Of a stretch of DNA of 64,000 nt, positions 1-8,250 are shown piece after piece. Below the pieces are notes generated by a model. That model was given only the letters and a program-made list of their open reading frames with translations. It made no database searches and was not told where the DNA came from. Position 1 is the first letter of the stretch; each line of letters begins with the position of its first letter. Position numbers and translations under genes: made by a program. Origin of the DNA: an uncultured Gammaproteobacteria bacterium (GTDB taxonomy: Bacteria; Patescibacteriota; Microgenomatia; UBA1406; GWC2-37-13); assembly GCA_964582715.1 (NCBI GenBank), contig CAZOSM010000004.1:57906-121905 (forward strand). The letters run 5' to 3'.

Positions 1-55
1 GTAGCATAGAACCAACTCCAACAAATACCCCCTAAACCGGTGGTACAATATATTC

Positions 56-799
56 ATGTATCATTACACGCAGAAGGATCTTGCTAAGCATTTACGTAAG
101 GAGCATAAACTTTCACCTTTTTCAACTTACTTGCGTGAAATCGTATATGGAGGAAATGATGGCATTGTAACAACCTTTGCTGTTGTTGCTGGCTTTGCTG
201 GAGCTAATCTTTCTGCTCATAATGGTTTAGGGTATCTTACTGTTCTTCTTTTTGGTCTGGCGAATTTATTTGCTGATGCATCTTCTATGGGCTTAGGTAA
301 TTTACTTTCTATGAGAGCAGAGCAAGATAGATATAAAAAAGAGAGAGAAAAGGAAACCAAAGAGATTTCTCAAAATAGTGAGATTGAAAAAATGGAAACA
401 GAACAACTCCTCATGTCGAAAGGTTTTTCTCAGGAAGATGCAAAAAAATTAGTTACCATTTATTCAAGGAATGAAGATTACTGGGTAGATTTTATGATGA
501 GATATGAGTTTGAAATGAATGATCCTACAAATGAAAATCCGCTCTTAACTGGTGGAGTTACATTCTTATCTTTTATTGTATTTGGTGCTATCCCCCTTAC
601 CCCATATATATTTTTCGGGAGTCATGAACATACTTTTACTTACGCTGTTATTGCAACAATTTTAGCACTTACCCTACTTGGATTACTGCGGTGGCGCGTA
701 ACCCGCGATTCACTCTGGCGCTCTGTTGGAGAAATCCTCCTTATTGGAGGAACCTCAGCTTTTATTGCTTATATAGTCGGAACCTTGTTCCGACTATAA
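56..799 (+). CDS. VIT1/CCC1-family Fe/Mn transporter
   Basis: 247-aa ORF; N-terminal REIVYGGNDGIVTTFAVVAGFAG signature and C-terminal TM helices; TGgTACAAT box ends 6 nt before the ATG. Confidence 0.85.
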   Translation: MYHYTQKDLAKHLRKEHKLSPFSTYLREIVYGGNDGIVTTFAVVAGFAGANLSAHNGLGYLTVLLFGLANLFADASSMGLGNLLSMRAEQDRYKKEREKETKEISQNSEIEKMETEQLLMSKGFSQEDAKKLVTIYSRNEDYWVDFMMRYEFEMNDPTNENPLLTGGVTFLSFIVFGAIPLTPYIFFGSHEHTFTYAVIATILALTLLGLLRWRVTRDSLWRSVGEILLIGGTSAFIAYIVGTLFRL

Positions 800-804
800 G
801 TGTA

Positions 805-1062
805 TTATCGAGCTGGGCCATTAAGCAGTCTCCCAAACCATATCAGTGCGATGGAGCCCAGTCCCACCACCGCTAAGCTGTAGAGGTTGAACTCGCTCAG
901 TCCTGGTTGACCCAAAATGTTTAGCAGTAGGCCTCCGACAATTGCACCCACGATCCCCAGTGTTATATCGGTTATCAGTCCTTGTGTGGCTCGAGTACCG
1001 AGTATGATCGAAGCTATCCATCCTGCTGTTATTCCTAAAAGTATCCATAATAATAGTGTCAT
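805..1062 (-). CDS. GlsB/YeaQ/YmgE (transglycosylase-associated) small stress membrane protein
   Basis: 85-aa, three Gly-rich TM helices (GITAGWIAS, GIVGAIVGGLLLN); strong SD (AGGAGGTGG) upstream. Confidence 0.8.
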   Translation of the reverse strand: MTLLLWILLGITAGWIASIILGTRATQGLITDITLGIVGAIVGGLLLNILGQPGLSEFNLYSLAVVGLGSIALIWFGRLLNGPAR

Positions 1063-1163
1063 TTTTCCACCTCCTAACTGTGGTTTAACTGATGAACTAT
1101 TACTAGTCTACTTATCGTTAGTTAATATGGATTCAAGGTAGAGTTAATAATGAGTAAGACTAT

Positions 1164-1841
1164 TTACTCTTTTAACATATAACCAAACCCTCGGACTGAG
1201 TGTATGATCTTTTTATCAAAACCTTTATCTATTTTTTTCCTTAAATAACCGATATACACATCCACAATTCGAGTTTCAATATCAACAGCAGATAACCAAA
1301 GCCTGTTTAAAATCATATCTCTTGTTAATATACGTCCTTTATTTTGCATCATATACTGTAAGAGTTTTAGTTCTTGTGGTGTGAGAGGTATTTTTTTCTC
1401 ACCACGAGTTACTTCGAGGGTTTTGGTATCTAGTACCAGATCAGCTATCTGTAATTTTGAATCTTCTCCTCCTTTATTACGTAGTCGGGCATTAATACGA
1501 GCCATAAGTACATCTGCAACAAATGGTTTAGTGAGATAATCATCTGCACCTAAATTGAGCCCTTGGATCATATCATGTGGGGTATCACGTGCGGTAAGCA
1601 TAATTACCTGCAGATCGGGCAGATCCTTTTTAATCTGAGCACACACGCTCTCTCCACTCATATCGGGAAGTCCGAGATCAAGTAATACTAAATCGGGAAC
1701 CGATTTTTTGATTATTTTAAGCCCGGATACACCATCCGATGCAGTAAGCACATTATAACCATTATCAAGTAACAATTCCTTTAAATAGGTTTGAATACCT
1801 TCATCATCTTCAATGACAAGGATAGTGTAGATCATCGACAT
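1164..1841 (-). CDS. OmpR/PhoB-family DNA-binding response regulator
   Basis: Receiver domain (VIEDDEGI, LLDLGLPDMSG, TKPF) plus C-terminal winged helix (VDVYIGYLRKKI, VRGFGY). Confidence 0.9.
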   Translation of the reverse strand: MSMIYTILVIEDDEGIQTYLKELLLDNGYNVLTASDGVSGLKIIKKSVPDLVLLDLGLPDMSGESVCAQIKKDLPDLQVIMLTARDTPHDMIQGLNLGADDYLTKPFVADVLMARINARLRNKGGEDSKLQIADLVLDTKTLEVTRGEKKIPLTPQELKLLQYMMQNKGRILTRDMILNRLWLSAVDIETRIVDVYIGYLRKKIDKGFDKKIIHSVRGFGYMLKE

Positions 1842-2110
1842 AGTTTCTTACGTAAATTTAAGTGAATATTTTCTTCTCTTTAATCTCTATTGGATAATAT
1901 ATTGTTATGATTTTACACATATTCACCTTGGGAAAAACAATACATTTTACCAAAGGACTTAATATAAAAGATAAAGACAAAAAATATTCACAAGAACTTA
2001 TAAATATACTTCCTCATATTATTGAGAAAGGGAACATATCTTGACTGCATTAACTATAAAAGTGAACTATGTAAGATTTATAAGAATAGTGTTAAAAACG
2101 TGTAAGAGCA

Positions 2111-2959
2111 TTATCCATTGATAATCTCTCCACCATTTGGATGAATTACCTGACCCGTAATATAAGAAGCGTCATCACTTGCTAAAAATGCAAACGCTGG
2201 GGCAACTTCCACGGGTTGCCCAGGCCTGCCCAGTGCAACATCTGTACCAAACTTTGCTACCTGCTCCTTTGGAAAGGTAGAGGGTATAAGTGGTGTCCAG
2301 ATTGGACCAGGAGCAACTGCATTTACGCGAATCCCTTTGGATGCTAAATTTAACGCAAGAGATCTGGTAAAAGATACAATCGCACCTTTTGTTGAAGAGT
2401 AGTCTACTAAGTGTGCACTTCCTCGATATGCAGTTACTGAGGTTGTATTAATAATGGAATCTCCTTTATTTAAATGGGGAACAGTAGCTAGCGTTATATA
2501 AAACATAGAAAGAATATTGGTTTGAAAGGTTTTCTCTACTTGTTCCGGAGTAATTTGACTAAAATCAGGTTCAGGATGTTGTTCCGCCGCATTATTCACC
2601 AAAATATTAATGGTATTAAATTCCTGTACACACCTTTCAACAAGCTCACGACAAAACTGTTTATCACCAATATCGCCTGGGATAAGGAGATATCGTCTCC
2701 CTTCTTGCTCAATTTGTCTTCGTGTTTCTATAGCATCGGTATCTTCGTTTAGGTAGTTCATAATAATGTCTGCTCCTTCCTGAGCAAATCGAACTGCAAC
2801 AGCACGCCCAATACCACTATCTGCACCGGTAATGAGAGCAACTTTCCCTTCCATACGTTTTTTTGTTATTTCTTTTTCAAAGATGGGCTCGGGATTCATT
2901 TTATATTCTTTACCGGGCTGTTCATTTTGATGTTGTGGAGGTATGTGTGCTTTCTTCAT
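2111..2959 (-). CDS. SDR-family oxidoreductase (YhdF/YghA general-stress type)
   Basis: TGADSGIGRA Rossmann motif, NNAA, Y-x3-K (YSSTKGA); ATG at 2959 preferred over the TTG at 2968. Confidence 0.85.
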   Translation of the reverse strand: MKKAHIPPQHQNEQPGKEYKMNPEPIFEKEITKKRMEGKVALITGADSGIGRAVAVRFAQEGADIIMNYLNEDTDAIETRRQIEQEGRRYLLIPGDIGDKQFCRELVERCVQEFNTINILVNNAAEQHPEPDFSQITPEQVEKTFQTNILSMFYITLATVPHLNKGDSIINTTSVTAYRGSAHLVDYSSTKGAIVSFTRSLALNLASKGIRVNAVAPGPIWTPLIPSTFPKEQVAKFGTDVALGRPGQPVEVAPAFAFLASDDASYITGQVIHPNGGEIING

Positions 2960-3036
2960 ATAGCACAATCATAAAAAGAAGAGTTAAAACACACGTAAGA
3001 ATCAGATATAAAAGTAGTAAATAAAATGAAGAACCT

Positions 3037-3165
3037 TTAGAATCCTTGTGCTTTTGCGATAGTTACTACGATCATGAGAATAGCAATTAGTGTAGCAATA
3101 AAAGCCATCTGACCTACATGATAGAGTACTTCATCACGTTGAGATTTTTTCTTTGATTTAGCCAT
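3037..3165 (-). CDS. 42-aa tail-anchored micro-protein (hypothetical)
   Basis: Below the ORF-track cutoff; MAKSKKKSQRDEVLYHVGQMAFIATLIAILMIVVTIAKAQGF has a basic head and one TM; it has its own canonical promoter directly upstream. Confidence 0.4.
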   Translation of the reverse strand: MAKSKKKSQRDEVLYHVGQMAFIATLIAILMIVVTIAKAQGF

Positions 3166-3171
3166 ATCTAC

Positions 3172-3201
3172 ATAATACGCACTTGTAGAAGTTGTTGTCA
3201 A
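3172..3201 (-). promoter_or_regulatory. sigma70-like promoter TTGACA-N18-TATTAT, -10 box ends 6 nt before ATG 3165
   Basis: Read on minus strand: TTGACA (3201..3196), 18-nt spacer, TATTAT (3177..3172), GTAGAT, ATG. Confidence 0.5.
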
Positions 3202-3204
3202 GAG

Positions 3205-3750
3205 CTAGATAAAAGATTGTAGTTTATTAAAATCTTCCTGGATAAGTTTTTGATACTTAGGAAACCTGAGCCCAGCTGCGGGGTGAAGAGTAAGTAAATA
3301 GGTCCTTTCATCTTTTTTTATAATTTCACCATGGTGCTTGAGAATAGGGAGATCCTCTGCAAGAACAGCATACATTGCAGTTTTACCCAGTAATACAACT
3401 ACTTGAGGATTGATAATATCCATCTGTTTCATAAAGTGTATTCTTGCATGCTCAATTTCTTTTTTTCTGGGAGTACCATGTTTAGGAAGGTATTTAACTG
3501 GGCTTGTGATGTACACATCTTCTTCTTGTAATCCTTGTTCTCGAATAAATTTGCGTAGAAGCTGCCCCGAGCGCCCGATAAACGGTCTGCCGTTTTCTGC
3601 TTCTTGCCTTCCTGGTGCTTCACCTACAAACATAATGTTTGCATTCGGGTTTCCTTCACCAAACACCATCTTCCCGATAGAATCTTTTTTACATTCTTGA
3701 CATGCACTCATCTCCTTTTCAAGCTGTTCTAGTTGTTTTGACTTATCCAT
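3205..3750 (-). CDS. Uracil-DNA glycosylase, family 4
   Basis: GEGNPNANIMFVGEAPG and LHPAAGLR motifs, N-terminal Cys pair (CQEC) typical of Fe-S family-4 UDG. Confidence 0.85.
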   Translation of the reverse strand: MDKSKQLEQLEKEMSACQECKKDSIGKMVFGEGNPNANIMFVGEAPGRQEAENGRPFIGRSGQLLRKFIREQGLQEEDVYITSPVKYLPKHGTPRKKEIEHARIHFMKQMDIINPQVVVLLGKTAMYAVLAEDLPILKHHGEIIKKDERTYLLTLHPAAGLRFPKYQKLIQEDFNKLQSFI

Positions 3751-3777
3751 AGAGCTGGTTACATGATATCATATATC

Positions 3778-5070
3778 ATGCGAATTGGAATCATTGGAGC
3801 TGGTTTTACAGGTCTATCAGCGGCACTAGAACTACAGAAAGATGGTCATGAAGTGCACTTATTTGAAAAAGAAAAGGTCCCAGGAGGGCTCGCCGTAGGA
3901 TTTAGTGAAGAACAATGGGATTGGTCACTCGAGAAACATTACCACCATATCTTTACGACAGATTCTGCCATACGTCATTTAGCAAAAGAAGTAAAACATC
4001 CTTTTGAATTTAGTAGACCCAATACGTCCTCGCTTATTGACGCTGATATCATTCAGCTCGACTCACCAATTAAATTACTTCAGTTCCCCAAACTTTCTCT
4101 TATTGAGCGGCTACGAATGGCAGCAGTTCTTGGCTATTTACGATATCTGGCAGATTGGAAGCAACTCGAAAATTTCAAAGCTCACGACTGGCTTACCAAA
4201 GCAATGGGGAAGAAAGGCTATTCAATGCTCTGGGAACCTCTTCTGAAAGCAAAGTTTGGATCATATTACAAAGATATTTCACTTGCATGGTTTTGGGCTC
4301 GTATTAAGGCAAGATCTACTCAGTTGGGTTACCCAAAGCAGGGTTTCCAGGGATTTGCCGAGCGTCTTGTTGATATTATTCTTGATAATGCAGGTGTTAT
4401 TCATTACCAAACACAGGTTACAAAGCTCGATCAAGTAGATAAAAAAACAGTACTAACCTACCAGACAAAGGGTGTAAAACAACAGGAAATCTTTGACGTT
4501 GTGCTTGTAACTATTCCAAATCTTCAGTTTGCTGGTATAGCGCCAAGTCTCCCAGAAAACTATAAAAAGAAATTACGGGATTTTAAAGGTATTGGTGCGG
4601 TAAATATGGTGCTAGAACTTACCAAGCCGTTTTTGCCAAACAAGGTGTATTGGCTCAGTATCTGTGATACTCAGAATCCTTTTTTGGCGGTTGTTGAGCA
4701 CACCAATTTTATTGATAAAAAATACTACGATAATAAGCATATTGTGTATGTGGGGAACTATTTACCTCATGGTCATACGTATTTCTCTATGAAAAAAGAG
4801 GAGCTGCTTAAAGAATACGATCCTTACCTACAGAAATTACATGCAGGTTATGAAAAACACATTGTGAATAGCTATGTCTTTAAAGAACCATTCGCTCAAC
4901 CGGTTGTGACACCAGGCTTTTCAAAACAAATTCTCGATTTTGAAACTCCTTTATCCCATGTTTTTTTGGCTAATATGCAACAAGTGTACCCTTGGGATCG
5001 CGGAACAAACTTTGCAGTTGCAAAAGGAAAGGAAGTCGCGAGTGTGATTCGTGGTAAAATAAAGGCATGA
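3778..5070 (+). CDS. NAD(P)/FAD-dependent oxidoreductase (amine-oxidase / phytoene-desaturase-like fold)
   Basis: IGIIGAGFTGLSAA...LFEKE..PGGLA dinucleotide motif; TGaTATCAT box 5 nt before ATG 3778 (alternative ATG 3763); stop overlaps next start (ATGA at 5067..5070). Confidence 0.75.
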   Translation: MRIGIIGAGFTGLSAALELQKDGHEVHLFEKEKVPGGLAVGFSEEQWDWSLEKHYHHIFTTDSAIRHLAKEVKHPFEFSRPNTSSLIDADIIQLDSPIKLLQFPKLSLIERLRMAAVLGYLRYLADWKQLENFKAHDWLTKAMGKKGYSMLWEPLLKAKFGSYYKDISLAWFWARIKARSTQLGYPKQGFQGFAERLVDIILDNAGVIHYQTQVTKLDQVDKKTVLTYQTKGVKQQEIFDVVLVTIPNLQFAGIAPSLPENYKKKLRDFKGIGAVNMVLELTKPFLPNKVYWLSICDTQNPFLAVVEHTNFIDKKYYDNKHIVYVGNYLPHGHTYFSMKKEELLKEYDPYLQKLHAGYEKHIVNSYVFKEPFAQPVVTPGFSKQILDFETPLSHVFLANMQQVYPWDRGTNFAVAKGKEVASVIRGKIKA

Positions 5071-6638
5071 AATCTTCCTCACAGACCAGTTCAACAGGAG
5101 AATTGCTTTTATCAATTAGTCTTATTGTGCTGGCCTTTGGAGGTATCTTCGATGCATTTTATTTAACACTTAAACATTATTCAAAAGAGATTCCACCTTG
5201 TGCAACAGGTATTTTTGCAGATTGTGGAACTGTCTTAACAAGCCAGTATGCAACAATCTTCAACATTCCTCTATCTCTTTTGGGGATGGTTCATTATGCA
5301 TTACTTACAACTCTTATCTTGATATCGATTATGTCTGCTAAGCAGTTGTTTATTCGACTTGCTTTTCTTGCTTCTGCCATTGGGTTTGTATTCTCTTTAT
5401 ATCTGGTATTCCTTCAGGTAGTTGTACTCAAGGCTTTGTGCCAGTATTGTATGGTTTCAGCGCTTATTAGCTTTATGTTGTATGTTCTTATTCGCATCAG
5501 ATTCTCTGCAGAGTATCGTAATATGATGCCTAAAAAGGTAGAAATGTTGTACCAGATTTTTGGTAAGCCAGCTTTCTTTTTGTTTAACCCTGAATGGGTA
5601 CACGATAACGCAATGCGTTTTGGAGAATTATTTGGAAAAGTGCCTTTTATCAGATCACTATTCCGTTTCCTTTTCTCATATGAACATCCATCACTCAAGC
5701 AGAAAATAGGTGATATTACCTTTCAGAACCCTGTTGGTTTAGCCGCGGGGTACGATTACGAAGCTGCTTTTACTCAGGTATTGCCATCAATCGGTTTTGG
5801 TTTTGAGACGATCGGAACTATGACAAACAGCCCTAGCGAGGGGAATGAAAAACCACGTTTAGGCCGTCTGATTAAATCTAAATCATTGTTGGTAAATAAA
5901 GGATTTAGAAACCCAGGTGCTCAAAGAGTCGTTAAAAAATTACAAGGACACTCCTTTGAATTCCCTTTAGGAATTAGTGTTGGAGTAACCAATGACCCAA
6001 AAATTGCTACACTCAAAGAAGCTATTAATGATATTATCAGTGCTTTCCAAACCTTTGAAAAAGGAAGACTAAAAAATGCCTATTATGAACTCAACATAAG
6101 TTGTCCGAATTTAAAAACAGCAGTTTCTTTCTATGATCCCAAAGGATTACACCAGCTATTAACTGAGGTGGGAAAGCTAAAACTCAAGAAACCTCTATTC
6201 ATTAAAATGCCAATAGAGAAGTCCAATGAAGACGTAAAAAAGATGCTAGATATTATTGTGAAACATAAGGTTGTAAAAGGAGTTATATTTGGTAATCTGC
6301 AAAAAAATAGGAAGGATAAAACACTCCTTCCAGAAGAGGTGTCAAAAATGGGCAAAGGAAACTTTAGTGGTAAACCTACTTTTAAAAGGTCAAACGAGCT
6401 TATCAGATTGGCTTATAAAGGATATGGAAAGAAGCTTGTTATTATTGGCTGTGGTGGTATCTTTAGTGCCGATGATGCTTATATAAAAATAAAGTTAGGA
6501 GCTTCTCTCGTTCAGCTTATTACGGGTATGATCTTTGTTGGCCCTCAACTCATTACTCAGATTAATAGAGGATTAGTGGAGCGGTTAAAACGTGATGGTT
6601 ATAAAAAACTATCCGATGCAGTTGGAGTTGATGCGTAG
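5067..6638 (+). CDS. VKOR-domain / dihydroorotate-dehydrogenase-like fusion protein
   Basis: N-terminal 4 TM helices with C45-x7-C53 and C125QYC128 (VKOR redox pairs). C-terminal DHODH fold (FNPEWVHDNAMRFG, FQNPVGLAAGYD, GNEKPRLGRL, ELNISCPN, FSGKPT, GCGGI, ASLVQLITGMIFVGPQLI). Confidence 0.8.
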   Translation: MKSSSQTSSTGELLLSISLIVLAFGGIFDAFYLTLKHYSKEIPPCATGIFADCGTVLTSQYATIFNIPLSLLGMVHYALLTTLILISIMSAKQLFIRLAFLASAIGFVFSLYLVFLQVVVLKALCQYCMVSALISFMLYVLIRIRFSAEYRNMMPKKVEMLYQIFGKPAFFLFNPEWVHDNAMRFGELFGKVPFIRSLFRFLFSYEHPSLKQKIGDITFQNPVGLAAGYDYEAAFTQVLPSIGFGFETIGTMTNSPSEGNEKPRLGRLIKSKSLLVNKGFRNPGAQRVVKKLQGHSFEFPLGISVGVTNDPKIATLKEAINDIISAFQTFEKGRLKNAYYELNISCPNLKTAVSFYDPKGLHQLLTEVGKLKLKKPLFIKMPIEKSNEDVKKMLDIIVKHKVVKGVIFGNLQKNRKDKTLLPEEVSKMGKGNFSGKPTFKRSNELIRLAYKGYGKKLVIIGCGGIFSADDAYIKIKLGASLVQLITGMIFVGPQLITQINRGLVERLKRDGYKKLSDAVGVDA

Positions 6639-6639
6639 T

Positions 6640-7671
6640 ATGAAAAAGATACTTATCATTCTTGCTTTATTCCTTTATATCTTTCCAGGTTCTCTTCATG
6701 CTCAAAATAACACTGGTAGGTACGAAGCAGAGGTGACCAATATCCAAAATGGTGATGTTACTGTTATGGTCCTTGAAGAAGATAAAAAAGGTCAAGAGTA
6801 CAAAGTTGAGTTGTTTGATGAAAGACAGCAACTTGAGGAGGGTGATAAAGTAATAGTGTCCATCATAACAGGCGTGGAAAGAGAGCCGTCGGTTATTATA
6901 GAAGATCATATTAGGCGATTTCCGCTCATTGTTCTTTTTGCCATATTTTTACTTATTGTCATTATTGTTGGTCGAATCAAAGGAATCCTTTCATTTATTG
7001 GAATGGTATTTTCTTTTCTTATTATTGGCCAGTTTATAGTACCACAGATTATATTAGGCAATGATCCGCTTCTTATTTCATTATTAGGAGCATTATTTAT
7101 TATTCCATTAACATTCTATATTGGTCATGGAGTCCGTTGGCAAACAACTATAGCAGTGATAAGTACATTTATTGCGCTCTTTATTACAGGTATCCTTGCT
7201 TATATTTTTGTTCCTTTTGCAAAGCTCACTGGGTTTGCTGCAGAGGAAGCAACTTTTATTCAAGCCATACCAGGAACTTCTATTAATATTCAAAGCCTCC
7301 TTCTTGCTGGAATTGTGATTGGTGCTATGGGAGTTCTTGATGACATCACTATTTCTCAAACCTCTATTGTCGATAAACTTGTTAAAGCTAATCCAAAGTA
7401 TTCATTTAAAGAAGTATTTGCAGAAGCCATGGATGTGGGTCGAGATCATATCTCTTCATTAGTCAACACGCTTATTTTGGTTTATGCTGGAGCCTCGCTC
7501 CCTTTATTCGTCTTATTTCATAATTCTCAACTGGGAAGTTATACAGATATTATAAATATGGAGATTGTAGCAACAGAAATTGTGAGGACACTCGTGAGCA
7601 GTATTGGAATTATCTCAGCTGTCCCTATTACAACAGTCCTTGCAAGTTGGTATATAAAGAAAAAGAGTTAA
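6640..7671 (+). CDS. YibE/F-family membrane protein
   Basis: Signal-like N-terminus, about 90-aa soluble domain, then multi-TM body with AMGVLDDITISQ motif; ATG at 6640 is 1 nt after the upstream stop. Confidence 0.7.
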   Translation: MKKILIILALFLYIFPGSLHAQNNTGRYEAEVTNIQNGDVTVMVLEEDKKGQEYKVELFDERQQLEEGDKVIVSIITGVEREPSVIIEDHIRRFPLIVLFAIFLLIVIIVGRIKGILSFIGMVFSFLIIGQFIVPQIILGNDPLLISLLGALFIIPLTFYIGHGVRWQTTIAVISTFIALFITGILAYIFVPFAKLTGFAAEEATFIQAIPGTSINIQSLLLAGIVIGAMGVLDDITISQTSIVDKLVKANPKYSFKEVFAEAMDVGRDHISSLVNTLILVYAGASLPLFVLFHNSQLGSYTDIINMEIVATEIVRTLVSSIGIISAVPITTVLASWYIKKKS

Positions 7672-8243
7672 TTACATGCCTTCCAAAGCCCTCGTTCTTC
7701 TTTACGAGCTGTTTTTTCTGCATCTCGAATGAGCGTGTCATATTTTACATCGGGAGGATAGGTATAAAGTCGTGCATAACCTTGCTCAACAAGGTACTCA
7801 TTAACAAAAATTGCTTCATCGGTAGCTTCTGGATTAATAATATATACATAACGAAGATATCTGTTATACCTATCTGTGTTGGTGACATCTTTTTCCATAA
7901 AAATCTGTTTACCTTCAACCAGCTCAGTATTCTTTTGAGAAGCTTCGCGACCAAAACACTGCACAGGCTTATTGGGGTGTTTTGTTTCTGGCGTGTCGAT
8001 GCCAATATATCGCACAGTTTCACCTGTTTCGAGCTTAATGGTGTCACCATCAACAACCTCTGAAACAACACCTTGTTCCATCTGTCTTATATCCACCTCT
8101 GCAAGAGCATTGGTCTCTTCGGCAAGCGTTTTAAAAGACTTAAATTTATTGATTTCTATTGTTATCTGTTCAAACGAAAGGATGAAGAGGATTATCAGAA
8201 AAGGTAGTAAGTAGAGTTGAGGTAACTTTACTCTAGGTATCAT
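7668..8243 (-). CDS. Membrane-anchored/secreted thermonuclease (SNase family)
   Basis: N-terminal TM anchor; VVDGDTIKL, RYIGIDTPE, FGREA, YNRYLRYVY, RGLWKAC motifs of the staphylococcal nuclease fold. Confidence 0.85.
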   Translation of the reverse strand: MIPRVKLPQLYLLPFLIILFILSFEQITIEINKFKSFKTLAEETNALAEVDIRQMEQGVVSEVVDGDTIKLETGETVRYIGIDTPETKHPNKPVQCFGREASQKNTELVEGKQIFMEKDVTNTDRYNRYLRYVYIINPEATDEAIFVNEYLVEQGYARLYTYPPDVKYDTLIRDAEKTARKEERGLWKACN

Positions 8244-8250
8244 ATAGTAC

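Noticed and set aside
1-55. Possible metal riboswitch (yybP-ykoY type) ahead of the VIT1-family gene, or an M-box ahead of corA (21243..21281).
   Set aside because: The available upstream sequences (55 nt and 39 nt) are too short and show no conserved riboswitch helices. A -10 box sits 6 nt from the VIT1 start.
2985-3000. Recurring TCTTAC(G/A) words upstream of several stress genes (near 2990, 15985, 57200, 62415), considered as a shared alternative-sigma -35 box.
   Set aside because: Distances to plausible -10 boxes and to start codons are inconsistent (7 to 21 nt spacers). A 6-7-mer is too short to be meaningful without genome-wide statistics.
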